A stretch of DNA of 64,000 nucleotides. Source: Promethearchaeota archaeon. Lineage in GTDB: Archaea > Asgardarchaeota > Lokiarchaeia > Sigyniarchaeales > SOKP01. The position numbers and the translations under genes were made by a program. The DNA lies in assembly GCA_011364925.1 (NCBI GenBank), contig RDOA01000008.1, positions 36,629 through 100,628 of the forward strand, given 5' to 3'. The notes beneath the pieces are model-generated. The model was not told the origin of the DNA. It was given only the letters and a program-made list of their open reading frames with translations, and ran no database searches. Numbering within the stretch: the first letter of the stretch is position 1; every line of letters begins with the position of its first letter. This document shows, piece by piece, positions 40,239 through 49,054 of this stretch.

Positions 40239-40886
40239 ATGATTTTATACATCTGGAAAATTATTGATTTACCATACATATCTACAGATGACTTAATATA
40301 TAGACTTTCCTTCGAAATGTTTCTCTTTTCACCTCATGAAGCTCAATTGTTTGTTAAAAAAGCAATCCAAAAAGGTACATTGACTGTAGATGATAATCAC
40401 AGGCTAAGTTTGTCAGACGCTTTAGTTCTTGAATTAGAAAATTGGCATAGAAAAAGGGAGGAAGAAATTTTAAAAAATATCAAATCTACTGCGAGTATAA
40501 ACAACAAAATCGAAAGCTTTAAGAAAGATAGTCTGAAAAAGTTTAACATTCTATTAAAAGCGTTTTTGGACACAGGTACAATTAATAGAGCAGTATTAGT
40601 ATCTGACAGTTCTATTCTTCTCACTAAATTCGATCCTCAAAATGGATTGCTTAAAGCTGAGATTAAAGGTTCTCGGGACACTCCTTACATTATTGAAATT
40701 TCTACTACTGAAAAGATTGTTAAACACGATTGTCATGATTTTCAAACTAAAAGAGCTCAAGATAAAAAATTTTGTAAACACTTAACTAAATTATTTCTTC
40801 TACTAAAAGAAAAAGACGAAAAGGAAGCAACAACAATCCTTGAAAAAATGTCCAAGGAAATTAATAAATGGTCTTTTGAGAGTTAA
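40239..40886 (+). CDS. hypothetical protein of the replication cluster (possible DUF2240-like N-domain; C-terminal H-x-C...C-x-H metal site)
   Basis: MFLFSPHEAQLFVKKAIQKGTLTVDD is reminiscent of archaeal DUF2240 proteins. The C-terminal HDCHDF..x13..CKH is SWIM-like but not canonical. The 3' ends overlap convergently with orc1/cdc6 by 4 nt. Confidence 0.45.
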   Translation: MILYIWKIIDLPYISTDDLIYRLSFEMFLFSPHEAQLFVKKAIQKGTLTVDDNHRLSLSDALVLELENWHRKREEEILKNIKSTASINNKIESFKKDSLKKFNILLKAFLDTGTINRAVLVSDSSILLTKFDPQNGLLKAEIKGSRDTPYIIEISTTEKIVKHDCHDFQTKRAQDKKFCKHLTKLFLLLKEKDEKEATTILEKMSKEINKWSFES

Positions 40887-42205
40887 ATTAATCTTCTAAA
40901 GACTATATTCTTTAATTTAACTTTATCAGTTTGGAGTACAATAGGTTTATAATCTAACAACTTGTAATTATGAATTTTTTTAATTTGAGATAATACTCGT
41001 TGTACTAATCCAACTTCAATATCAAGTTTTATGATTTTTGTGCGCCCATAATGTCCTAATGATCTCGTATTTGCAGAAATTAATCCTGATAAGGTTAATT
41101 CGTTGATATAATCGCTAATCCTTCTACGCGTTAATTGTTTCAAACCTGGAATTTTATTTGAGAATTCTGAGTGGACTTCATAAATATCTCCTGAAGTAAT
41201 TACATGTTCTTTTGCGAATTTTGATAATAAATATATTGCAGTTAAAGTTAATTGGGCTTGTAAAGGCATTGAAAGTATGTATTCTACAATGTGATCTTTG
41301 TCTATGTCCTTTTGGGCTTTTATTACATGGCTTTCCATGATTTTTTTGTTTTGATTTTTCTCAGCTAATTCTCCTGCTTTTCTAAGTAATTGAAGTGCCT
41401 TTCGTGCATCACCATGTTCCTTAGCAGCGAGACCAGCGCATAATTTAACTACACCATTATCAATTACACCTTCATTAAATGCAATTTCTGATCTCTGTTT
41501 TAGAATGTCCGCTAACTGATTCGCATCATATGGGTGAAATACTATTGGTTCTTCTTCTTCTAGATTAGAAGTAACTCTGGCGTCTAAGTATTCCATAAAT
41601 TTTAGTTTATTAGATATACCAATCACACTTGTTCTACAGAAATCTAAATTTTCATTTAGCCTTGTTAGATTGTATAAAATTTCATTTCCTCCATTTTTTT
41701 CTATTAAAATATCAATTTCATCTAACACAAGAAAACAAACGCTATTCTTTATTAATTGATCCAACAATCCAAGTAATTTTTTCAAGATTATGTCTTTCGG
41801 CAAACCAGTTGCTGGTATTTTCTCTTTTCCAATAATAGTGTTATAGATATGAGCTAAAATTCGATACGGGGTCGATACTACAGTACAATTGATATATACC
41901 CACCAAGGAGGATTATTAGAGCAATGTTGAGCTAGTTTCTGTGAAATATACCGGACAGTTGCAGTTTTACCTGTACCTGTCATTCCATAGCATAAGAAAT
42001 TGGGAGGAACATCTCCTTTTAACGCACACGCAGTTATACCAGCTATTTTTTCAATCTCAGAATCTCGGTGAGGTAATTCATCAGGAATAAATGTTGGCTC
42101 AAGAGCCTCTCTTTTTTTAAAAAGCTTTGGACCTGTCAAATAATTTTGATAAAATTTATCAATGTTAAAAGAGTACATATCTTTATTATCTTTGTTCGTC
42201 AACAC
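40883..42205 (-). CDS. cdc6: Orc1/Cdc6 replication initiator (AAA+ + winged helix)
   Basis: HRDSEI, Walker A GMTGTGKT, Walker B VLDEID and a C-terminal wH domain. The longest ORF starts at GTG 42205; an alternative ATG is at 42178 (MYSFNIDKF). Confidence 0.9.
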   Translation of the reverse strand: MLTNKDNKDMYSFNIDKFYQNYLTGPKLFKKREALEPTFIPDELPHRDSEIEKIAGITACALKGDVPPNFLCYGMTGTGKTATVRYISQKLAQHCSNNPPWWVYINCTVVSTPYRILAHIYNTIIGKEKIPATGLPKDIILKKLLGLLDQLIKNSVCFLVLDEIDILIEKNGGNEILYNLTRLNENLDFCRTSVIGISNKLKFMEYLDARVTSNLEEEEPIVFHPYDANQLADILKQRSEIAFNEGVIDNGVVKLCAGLAAKEHGDARKALQLLRKAGELAEKNQNKKIMESHVIKAQKDIDKDHIVEYILSMPLQAQLTLTAIYLLSKFAKEHVITSGDIYEVHSEFSNKIPGLKQLTRRRISDYINELTLSGLISANTRSLGHYGRTKIIKLDIEVGLVQRVLSQIKKIHNYKLLDYKPIVLQTDKVKLKNIVFRRLI

Positions 42206-42512
42206 TTAATCCCACCGTGTGTAATGTTTCCACTCGAAATGAGTTCTAAACTAATATTTCGATTCCACAATATTTAAACTTATTTATTAATCGAAAAACT
42301 AATGATTCATGTTAAAGGTTTAATATAGAACTCTCATGTTTTGTAATTTGCTGCGATTAGATCGATAATTTATAATATTATTGTCGGAACTTTAAAAGAT
42401 AATTATTTAGGAAGCAATATTATTAAGGGTTTAGTAGAACAAAATATATTTGCCAAAATTTAATTTCAATTAAAAATTATCCCATCTAATCTCAATAGTT
42501 ATAGAAACTATT
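42206..42512. other. candidate replication origin region (AT-rich, ORB-like TTCCAC elements)
   Basis: A 307-bp AT-rich gap immediately upstream of orc1/cdc6 and next to the PolD genes. It contains TTTCCAC-TCGAAAT (42227-42240) and ATTTCGA-TTCCAC (42256-42268). Synteny resembles the Pyrococcus oriC-cdc6-polD arrangement. Confidence 0.3.
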
Positions 42513-43286
42513 ATGACTTCACTTAATAATAAGGGAGATATTAAAAGAAAGGATATTAAACTCGCGATATTTTTAACGATTTTCTTTATATGTCTACTCT
42601 TTTTTAATTTTCTAATTATTTCAATTTTATTTACTTGGGCAGATTGGCTAGCGACTCTTATTTTTAGCGTCCTTTTTATAGTTCCTGCATATTTTTCAAA
42701 CGCAGGAATGGTTATTGTAGGTGGGGGAAAACCTTTAGATAATGGGAAAATTTGGAGAGACGGGCGTAGAATATTTGGAGATCATAAAACAATCTCTGGA
42801 CTCATTAAAGGTCCGCTATACATAGGTATTCCTTTGAGTTGTGCGTTATATTTATTATTTTTATTGTTATGGCCTGTAATACAACAGATACCAATAGATG
42901 GAGTTTCACATGGATTCTATCGACTATATTCTGATATATTTTATTATAAATACTATTTTATTGGTGGAACATTTCCAATCGGAATCTTAATGATTGTCTT
43001 TAGAATAGTATTTAGCTCATATGGAGCTGCATTAGGCGATTTAGGGGGTTCATTTTTAAAAAGAAGATTTAACATTCAAAGTGGAGCCCCTTTTTGGGTC
43101 ATAGATCAATTAGATTTTGCTATAGGTGCTATTATATTTGCTTTAATCCCTGCAATTTTTTTTCCAGGATACTACATGGTTCCTGATATCAATATTATCG
43201 TATTTCTTCTAATATTAACTCCTTCTGTAAGTCTTATAGCTAACACAATCGCGTATCTCATCGGCTTAAAAGAAGTTCCTTGGTAA
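42513..43286 (+). CDS. carS: CDP-archaeol synthase (CDP-2,3-bis-O-geranylgeranyl-sn-glycerol synthase, DUF46)
   Basis: GGGKPLDNGKIWRDGRRIFGDHKTISG and GDLGGSFLKRR..DQLDF motifs. Polytopic membrane protein. Confidence 0.8.
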   Translation: MTSLNNKGDIKRKDIKLAIFLTIFFICLLFFNFLIISILFTWADWLATLIFSVLFIVPAYFSNAGMVIVGGGKPLDNGKIWRDGRRIFGDHKTISGLIKGPLYIGIPLSCALYLLFLLLWPVIQQIPIDGVSHGFYRLYSDIFYYKYYFIGGTFPIGILMIVFRIVFSSYGAALGDLGGSFLKRRFNIQSGAPFWVIDQLDFAIGAIIFALIPAIFFPGYYMVPDINIIVFLLILTPSVSLIANTIAYLIGLKEVPW

Positions 43287-43292
43287 GTTTTT

Positions 43293-43808
43293 TCATAAAC
43301 TTACAACTTCACACTTTATTTTTACTTGAAATCCATGGTAATCTGAAAATTTTATGTAATCATCGAAAATAGTATTAATAGCTTTTATATAATCACCATT
43401 GCAACCTATGGCAATTCCTCGTTCTTCGTAGGAGAGAAACCCGACCACAATCATTATCTGTCCTAAACTATTATTTCTTTCTATCCTTATTGTATGAATA
43501 TAGGGATCTGGGAAAAAACCAAACACTAAATTTAGTAAAACATTTTCTTCTCGAACAATTACAATTCTTAGATTCTGGAATTTTTTTCGTAAATACGACA
43601 GTTTTGAATACGCTTCGAAATAGTGTTCATTATCCAAGAAGAAAAATACGATATCTTTGATAATAATAACATTTTTAGGAAAAACTTTCGTTGAATCGTA
43701 AAAAAAGTGAAAGAGCAAAAGTTCTCTATTAGAGAATTTCTTTTTTACTGTTAGTTTTTGATAAAACAACAAATTATCAATGAATGAGTTTTGAATTGTA
43801 CTCAACAT
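43293..43808 (-). CDS. hypothetical protein (171 aa), possible KH-like GxxG segment
   Basis: ERGIAIGCNGDYIKAINTIF loosely resembles a KH/NusA-type GxxG loop. Otherwise unrecognised. Confidence 0.45.
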   Translation of the reverse strand: MLSTIQNSFIDNLLFYQKLTVKKKFSNRELLLFHFFYDSTKVFPKNVIIIKDIVFFFLDNEHYFEAYSKLSYLRKKFQNLRIVIVREENVLLNLVFGFFPDPYIHTIRIERNNSLGQIMIVVGFLSYEERGIAIGCNGDYIKAINTIFDDYIKFSDYHGFQVKIKCEVVSL

Positions 43809-43927
43809 ATAATTAAAATTACAATACTGCTTTTATAAACTCCTAAGAAATTTTAAATAAACAACAAAAGATTTAATTTCAAACGCGATTATTTATAATA
43901 ATTTTTAACTGAAAACAGAGGATTTAA

Positions 43928-44365
43928 ATGAAAAGAGCTGGATTTGAGTTTCGAGAACATACGGCGGATGTTCAAGTGAGAAGTTGGGGTCCAACCTTAG
44001 AAGAAGCATTTTCCCAAACCGCTTATAGTTTAATGGAAACTATTACTCCCAATTTAAGAAAAATAACTCCTAAAATTGAAAAAAGAATTACTATCGAAGC
44101 CGAAGATAAAGAGGCTTTATTATTTGATTTTCTCTCTGAATTTTTGTACATCTTTGATGTAGAAGAGCTTGTTTTTAGTTATATTCTTGTTGAAAAAATC
44201 GAAAGATCAAAAGATTTTTATAAACTCCAAGCGATTCTTAAAGGGGAAAAATTCGATTCAAAGAAGCATGAGATTGGAATTGAGGTTAAAGCTATAACTT
44301 ATTCTTTCTTAAATATAGAAGAAAGACACGATTGTATAATTATTGATATAGTATATGATATTTGA
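43928..44365 (+). CDS. archease (RtcB activator)
   Basis: FEFREHTADVQVRSWGPTLEEAF..AYSLME..VKAITYSFLNIE match the archease family. Confidence 0.85.
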   Translation: MKRAGFEFREHTADVQVRSWGPTLEEAFSQTAYSLMETITPNLRKITPKIEKRITIEAEDKEALLFDFLSEFLYIFDVEELVFSYILVEKIERSKDFYKLQAILKGEKFDSKKHEIGIEVKAITYSFLNIEERHDCIIIDIVYDI

Positions 44366-44644
44366 CCATAAAAATAACTATGAACATTTTTATTGGGGAA
44401 GATAATAATAATCTTTAATTTGGTTGAGTTTAAATAAGCTTTTTGAAAATAATATCTTAGCAAAGTTGAGTTGTGAATGCTTTTACCATCAATTAAATTT
44501 GAAATAATATAATTAAAGACAAAGGGGATTAAAAATACCGGGAAATAGTGGTATAACACCTTAAGCATAAAACTACTTAATGTAGTTATAATTTTATTTT
44601 CATTTTTTATAAATTTGCAAAAGAAAAATACCTATATTAAAGCT

Positions 44645-46117
44645 CTAACCTTTTACAACCCCTATTGGTACTAGTCTTACAATTTTTTCTACTATTCCAA
44701 GGTCATGACTCACTTGTACTACCTGGTCTATATCTTTATACGCCCCTGGAGCTTCCTCAGCAATCACTTGAGGAGATGCAGCTTTTACGATTATCCCTTT
44801 TTCTTTCAAGTCTTCCTGAATTTTTGAACCCCAATAACTTTTTGTAGCTTTAGACCTCGACATAACTCTACCAGATCCATGAGCAGTAGATCCAAAGGAT
44901 AGATCCATCGCTTTCGATTTTCCAACGCATAAATAGGAAGCTGATCCCATCGTTCCTGGAATTAGGGCGGGTTGTCCAATACTTTTATAATCAGAAGGCA
45001 AATCTGGATGCTCTGGTGGAAAGGCCCTCGTTGCACCTTTTCTATGAACATTTAATTTTATCTTTTTTCCATCTATTTTGTGATCTTCAATCTTTAAAAT
45101 ATTGTGACAAACTCCGTAGATCAGATTGAAATCTAAATCATCAATCCCTTTTTTAAAGTGTTCATGAAAAGATTCTCTAAGCCAGTGTGTGATTAACTGG
45201 CGATTACTAAAGCCAAAATTCGCTGCACATGCCATATTTTTTAAATATTTGACTGCTTCTGGAGTGTCAGCTGGAACGCAAGCTAGTTCTCTATCTGGTA
45301 CCTTAATATTGTATTTTTTCATTGCTTGTTCTATATTTCGCAGAGAATCAGTGCACACTTGATGCCCTAGTGCTCTTGAACCAGTATGGATCATAACTGT
45401 AATTTGGTTTTTTTCAGTAATTCCTAGCTTTTTTGCAATGGGTTCGTTATAAATAGTATCAACCTTCTGGATTTCAAGGAAATGATTTCCACTACCTAAC
45501 GATCCTAGTTGTTTTATGGCTCTTTGTTTTGCTTTGTGAGAAATCAAGGACGAATCAGCATTATTTAAAAAACCATTTTCTTCACAGTGTTTGATATCCT
45601 CTTTAATAGCATAGCCGTTATCAAACGCCCAATTCAATCCATTATCCAACACCTGATCTAAATCCGGATAACTAATGTTTAATTTACCTTTACTTCCTAA
45701 ACCAGAGGGAATTTTCCTAAAAATTGTATCTAATAATTCTGGAATTGATTTCTCAACCTCAGTTAACTGTAGATTTGTTCTTAATAATCTTACACCACAG
45801 TTTATGTCATAACCCACTCCTCCGGGTGAAATCATGCCTGTTTCAGCATCCGTTCCCGCAACCCCTCCTATACAAAACCCATAACCTTGATGAGCATCAG
45901 AAAGAGCAATTGCGTGTTTTTGTATTCCTGGAAGGCACGCAACATTACTAATCTGGTCTAAAGTTCTGTCATTTTTGATTTTTTCTAAGATATATTCGTT
46001 AGCATATATATGGACTGGAACTTCCATTTGGAATTTTTCAATTTTTCCTTCTATTCTAGCCATCAATGCTTTTTTTGGAATTTCATAGATATTATCGGCA
46101 ATTTTGTTCACATTCAT
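44645..46117 (-). CDS. rtcB: RNA-splicing ligase RtcB
   Basis: LPGIQKHAIALSDAHQGYGFCIGG, GGVGYDINCG, GSGNHFLE, HTGSRALGH, HGSGR. No intein. Confidence 0.95.
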   Translation of the reverse strand: MNVNKIADNIYEIPKKALMARIEGKIEKFQMEVPVHIYANEYILEKIKNDRTLDQISNVACLPGIQKHAIALSDAHQGYGFCIGGVAGTDAETGMISPGGVGYDINCGVRLLRTNLQLTEVEKSIPELLDTIFRKIPSGLGSKGKLNISYPDLDQVLDNGLNWAFDNGYAIKEDIKHCEENGFLNNADSSLISHKAKQRAIKQLGSLGSGNHFLEIQKVDTIYNEPIAKKLGITEKNQITVMIHTGSRALGHQVCTDSLRNIEQAMKKYNIKVPDRELACVPADTPEAVKYLKNMACAANFGFSNRQLITHWLRESFHEHFKKGIDDLDFNLIYGVCHNILKIEDHKIDGKKIKLNVHRKGATRAFPPEHPDLPSDYKSIGQPALIPGTMGSASYLCVGKSKAMDLSFGSTAHGSGRVMSRSKATKSYWGSKIQEDLKEKGIIVKAASPQVIAEEAPGAYKDIDQVVQVSHDLGIVEKIVRLVPIGVVKG

Positions 46118-46219
46118 ATTATCTGTGATAGTGATGTTATTTTCATAAATTTTATGATTAATCGTCTAAACGCGATTATTATTATTAAAAACCAATCTTT
46201 TAAAAAAATATAAGGATGA

Positions 46220-46954
46220 TTATCTTACATCGATAAACTTTAAAAGACCTAAATCATCTAAATCATCGATAATAACATCAATCTCTGCTTCGGGTACGCC
46301 CGCTTCTTCTGCTATATCAGCAATAGTGTGAAATCCGTCCGCTAAATGCGCTATTTTATACTGCTCCTCATTTAAAAAACCTTGAATAATCACCTGTGAA
46401 GGAAGACGTTTCGATGTCCAAGCTGGCTTTTGGTCCCGAACATTTCTTAAATCTGCCTCTGAGAGAACTAGACCCTTTTTTTCAATCTGCTTTTGGGATT
46501 TTAGAAAATCTTTCTCAAAAATCTTCAAAATAGGTATCCTTAATGGAACTTCTGCCACATGACCGTCTTTTAACATGACATCCATAACATTTTCAAATCC
46601 TTTGAATACTCTAATGTCTCCTGACCAACTCTCCATTAGATTTCCATATCTTTCAATGAATTTGTCAATAATTCCACTAAGTACCTTATGGGTGATTTTT
46701 GCGTCGTCATTTTTATCCGCGGCAGCTGTACATAAGATCCCTTCCTTAAAGACTAGAAGAAGATAAAATACCTGCATATCAATGATTTTCAATTCACCCG
46801 ATCCTTTCGAAAATTCTACTGAAAAGTCTTTTAGTGCCGTTAAAAAACCAGATACTAAATCTTGGTTAAACTCTATTGTTCCATATCTTCTATGAACCAA
46901 ACAAATGCCCGTATAATTTGAAATTAAGTAAACATTGTGAAGGATAACAATCAA
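46220..46954 (-). CDS. longin/roadblock-like domain protein with C-terminal winged-helix-like tail
   Basis: VYLISNYTGICLVHRRYG..LVSGFLTALKDFSVEFS..FYLLLVFKEGILCTAAAD shares the LxSGFxxAxxxFS signature with the 5662-7035 protein. C-terminal FHTIADIAEEAGVPEAEIDVIIDDLDDLGLL. Confidence 0.6.
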   Translation of the reverse strand: MIVILHNVYLISNYTGICLVHRRYGTIEFNQDLVSGFLTALKDFSVEFSKGSGELKIIDMQVFYLLLVFKEGILCTAAADKNDDAKITHKVLSGIIDKFIERYGNLMESWSGDIRVFKGFENVMDVMLKDGHVAEVPLRIPILKIFEKDFLKSQKQIEKKGLVLSEADLRNVRDQKPAWTSKRLPSQVIIQGFLNEEQYKIAHLADGFHTIADIAEEAGVPEAEIDVIIDDLDDLGLLKFIDVR

Positions 46955-47169
46955 CTCCTTAAAGCAAAATGAACTTGTTTTCTATTATTTATATAAATTT
47001 TAATAATTTATATCTTCTTTTTTTGTTATTGTCGTTTTAAAATGAAGAAGTGAACGTAGAAGAATATCATTAATATTAATTTGAACCAAAAGATTTACCT
47101 CCTATCCCTAAAAAAATTGAAATTTAAGGATACATAATTATTAAATATTGAATACAACAAGGGAATTAA

Positions 47170-47484
47170 ATGGACTATTATATATTTTTTGTTACAGTTC
47201 CAAATATAGAAGAGGGTAAAAAAATAGCAAACATATTGGTTGAAAGCAGGCTGGCCGCTTGTGCAAACATAATACAAGATGTTTTTTCAATTTATAGATG
47301 GAAAGGAAATATAGAAAGAGAAAATGAATTATTGCTAATTCTTAAGACAACTGAAGAAAATTGTAATCATCTGATACAAAAAGTTAGAGAAGTTCATAGT
47401 TACTCAAATCCGGAATGCGTAGCTTTCAAAATTGAAAAGGGTTCGACGGACTATTTAGACTGGATTAAAGAAAATGTGTGTTAA
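47170..47484 (+). CDS. cutA: divalent-cation tolerance protein CutA
   Basis: ESRLAACANI..SIYRWKGNIE..E..LILKT..YSNPECVAF are typical of CutA1. Confidence 0.85.
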   Translation: MDYYIFFVTVPNIEEGKKIANILVESRLAACANIIQDVFSIYRWKGNIERENELLLILKTTEENCNHLIQKVREVHSYSNPECVAFKIEKGSTDYLDWIKENVC

Positions 47485-47499
47485 AATATACCACTAACT

Positions 47500-48321
47500 A
47501 TGTTAACAATGATATCTGACATCTTTCAATTGGATTGGATTACAATTGATATCTATATAATTATTTTACTAATTGTATTGTTAATCGGGGCAAAAATACT
47601 GAAAGAAGTATATCGATGGAGATTCTTTTTTTCCATAACTTCCACCTATCGAAGAGTTGATTACTTTGTGGACATTAATCCTAAAAGTTCTTCTGTTCCT
47701 ATAAAAAAGTGCTCTTTAACTATGTCTAGCAAAATTAAGCAAGAAAAGTTAACTAAACCAACAATTTTTTTAATAACAAGAAATCGAAAACCCATGTTGC
47801 TAAAAGCTCTTACAGAAGCGCTTTGTACATTTGGATATGTTGTAATAACTATTACAATAAGGGCTTTTACTGACATCAGAAAATACCAAATTACTCCAGA
47901 AAACGAACAAGAGCTAATTGACGCAATACCCTCAATTTTAAAGTTTTATAGCATTGATGTTGATATTGGAAGTAATAGATGCACCATTATTAATATTAGT
48001 AAAAATATTTTACCCTATTTTTTACTTTTAAAGAATTTAGACTGTATAAGTCTAATTTTAATTAATCCTCAAATAAATTCCTTTGACTTGGATAGTTTAA
48101 AGATATTACTAAGCAATTTTAACAGACATATTCAACTGATTACGGTATTCAGTGAAAAATTACATTTAATGGTAAAAAATAAGAATATCAAAAAGATTTT
48201 ATCTATTAATGTCTCATTAAATAACACCACCTATTCTATAATTCAAAAAGCCAAAAGCACATTTAAAAATCACGAAACAGTGCTCTTAAGTACAATAATA
48301 AGATATATTGAAAAGCAATAA
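47500..48321 (+). CDS. hypothetical protein with N-terminal TM anchor
   Basis: One N-terminal hydrophobic helix; the rest is unrecognised. Confidence 0.5.
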   Translation: MLTMISDIFQLDWITIDIYIIILLIVLLIGAKILKEVYRWRFFFSITSTYRRVDYFVDINPKSSSVPIKKCSLTMSSKIKQEKLTKPTIFLITRNRKPMLLKALTEALCTFGYVVITITIRAFTDIRKYQITPENEQELIDAIPSILKFYSIDVDIGSNRCTIINISKNILPYFLLLKNLDCISLILINPQINSFDLDSLKILLSNFNRHIQLITVFSEKLHLMVKNKNIKKILSINVSLNNTTYSIIQKAKSTFKNHETVLLSTIIRYIEKQ

Positions 48322-48346
48322 ACAAACTAAATATTCTAAATTTCTG

Positions 48347-49054
48347 ATGAATAGAAATAGAATTCTAAGGGATCATTATAATACGGTTATATATTCTAAA
48401 CAGCATATGGATTTACTCTGGGAAAAAAGATACCGCACTAAAATTCTACTTTCCATGTTCGTTAAGGAGGGTTTGAATCCATTTACTTATGGTAGTATTG
48501 CTCGTGGTGATATCCATAGGGATAGTGATATTGATATTGTACTTACCCAATCAATTCCACCATTTCAAATAGAAATAATCCTCGATAAGAACGGTATTAA
48601 TAATTATCACAGAGAGATAATAATGGCAACTCCTACTGACACATTGAAGCTCTACATCTACTTAAACGAGTTAGAGAGCATTACAATTCCACTATCTAAG
48701 TTTGATAAACGATCGCTAGAGTTCTACGATTTTGGAGGGAAGACCAATTTAAGCCAAATAGAAAATGATATAAGAGTACCTGGAATCGATAAGAGATTAG
48801 TTTTCATTCAACCCCTTCATAATGGACATGAAGAATATTCGATAATTGGAAATGAACATATCGCAGCAAAGCAATTACACGTGAGTATTGATTTGATTAA
48901 TGAAAGAAAGAATGTATTATTAAAGAGAGAGAGATTTGGAAAAACTGGTGTATTTTTAAAGAAACCAATTAATATAAATGAAAGTATAGAAGATGCCTTG
49001 AAGAGTTTAGCTTCCAAGAAATCAATAGTAAGAAAAAAGTTGAGACAGAGATGA
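48347..49054 (+). CDS. nucleotidyltransferase (Pol-beta superfamily) domain protein
   Basis: YGSIARGDIHRDSDIDIVL is a GS..DxD signature. ATG 48347 avoids overlap with the upstream gene. Its stop overlaps the next ATG (ATGA at 49051). Confidence 0.65.
   Translation: MNRNRILRDHYNTVIYSKQHMDLLWEKRYRTKILLSMFVKEGLNPFTYGSIARGDIHRDSDIDIVLTQSIPPFQIEIILDKNGINNYHREIIMATPTDTLKLYIYLNELESITIPLSKFDKRSLEFYDFGGKTNLSQIENDIRVPGIDKRLVFIQPLHNGHEEYSIIGNEHIAAKQLHVSIDLINERKNVLLKRERFGKTGVFLKKPININESIEDALKSLASKKSIVRKKLRQR

Noticed and set aside
40239-40886. SWIM zinc finger call for the C-terminus of the replication-cluster protein
   Set aside because: The canonical SWIM pattern is C-x-C-x(n)-C-x-H. Here the pattern is H-x-C-x(n)-C-x-H, so I describe it only as SWIM-like. 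The DUF2240 resemblance is from memory and unverified.
44299-44568. 89-aa minus-strand ORF between archease and rtcB
   Set aside because: It overlaps the archease 3' end by 67 nt. It has no SD and an AT-codon-driven Ile/Phe/Tyr/Asn composition. It is probably not a gene, and the spacer is reported as a finding instead.
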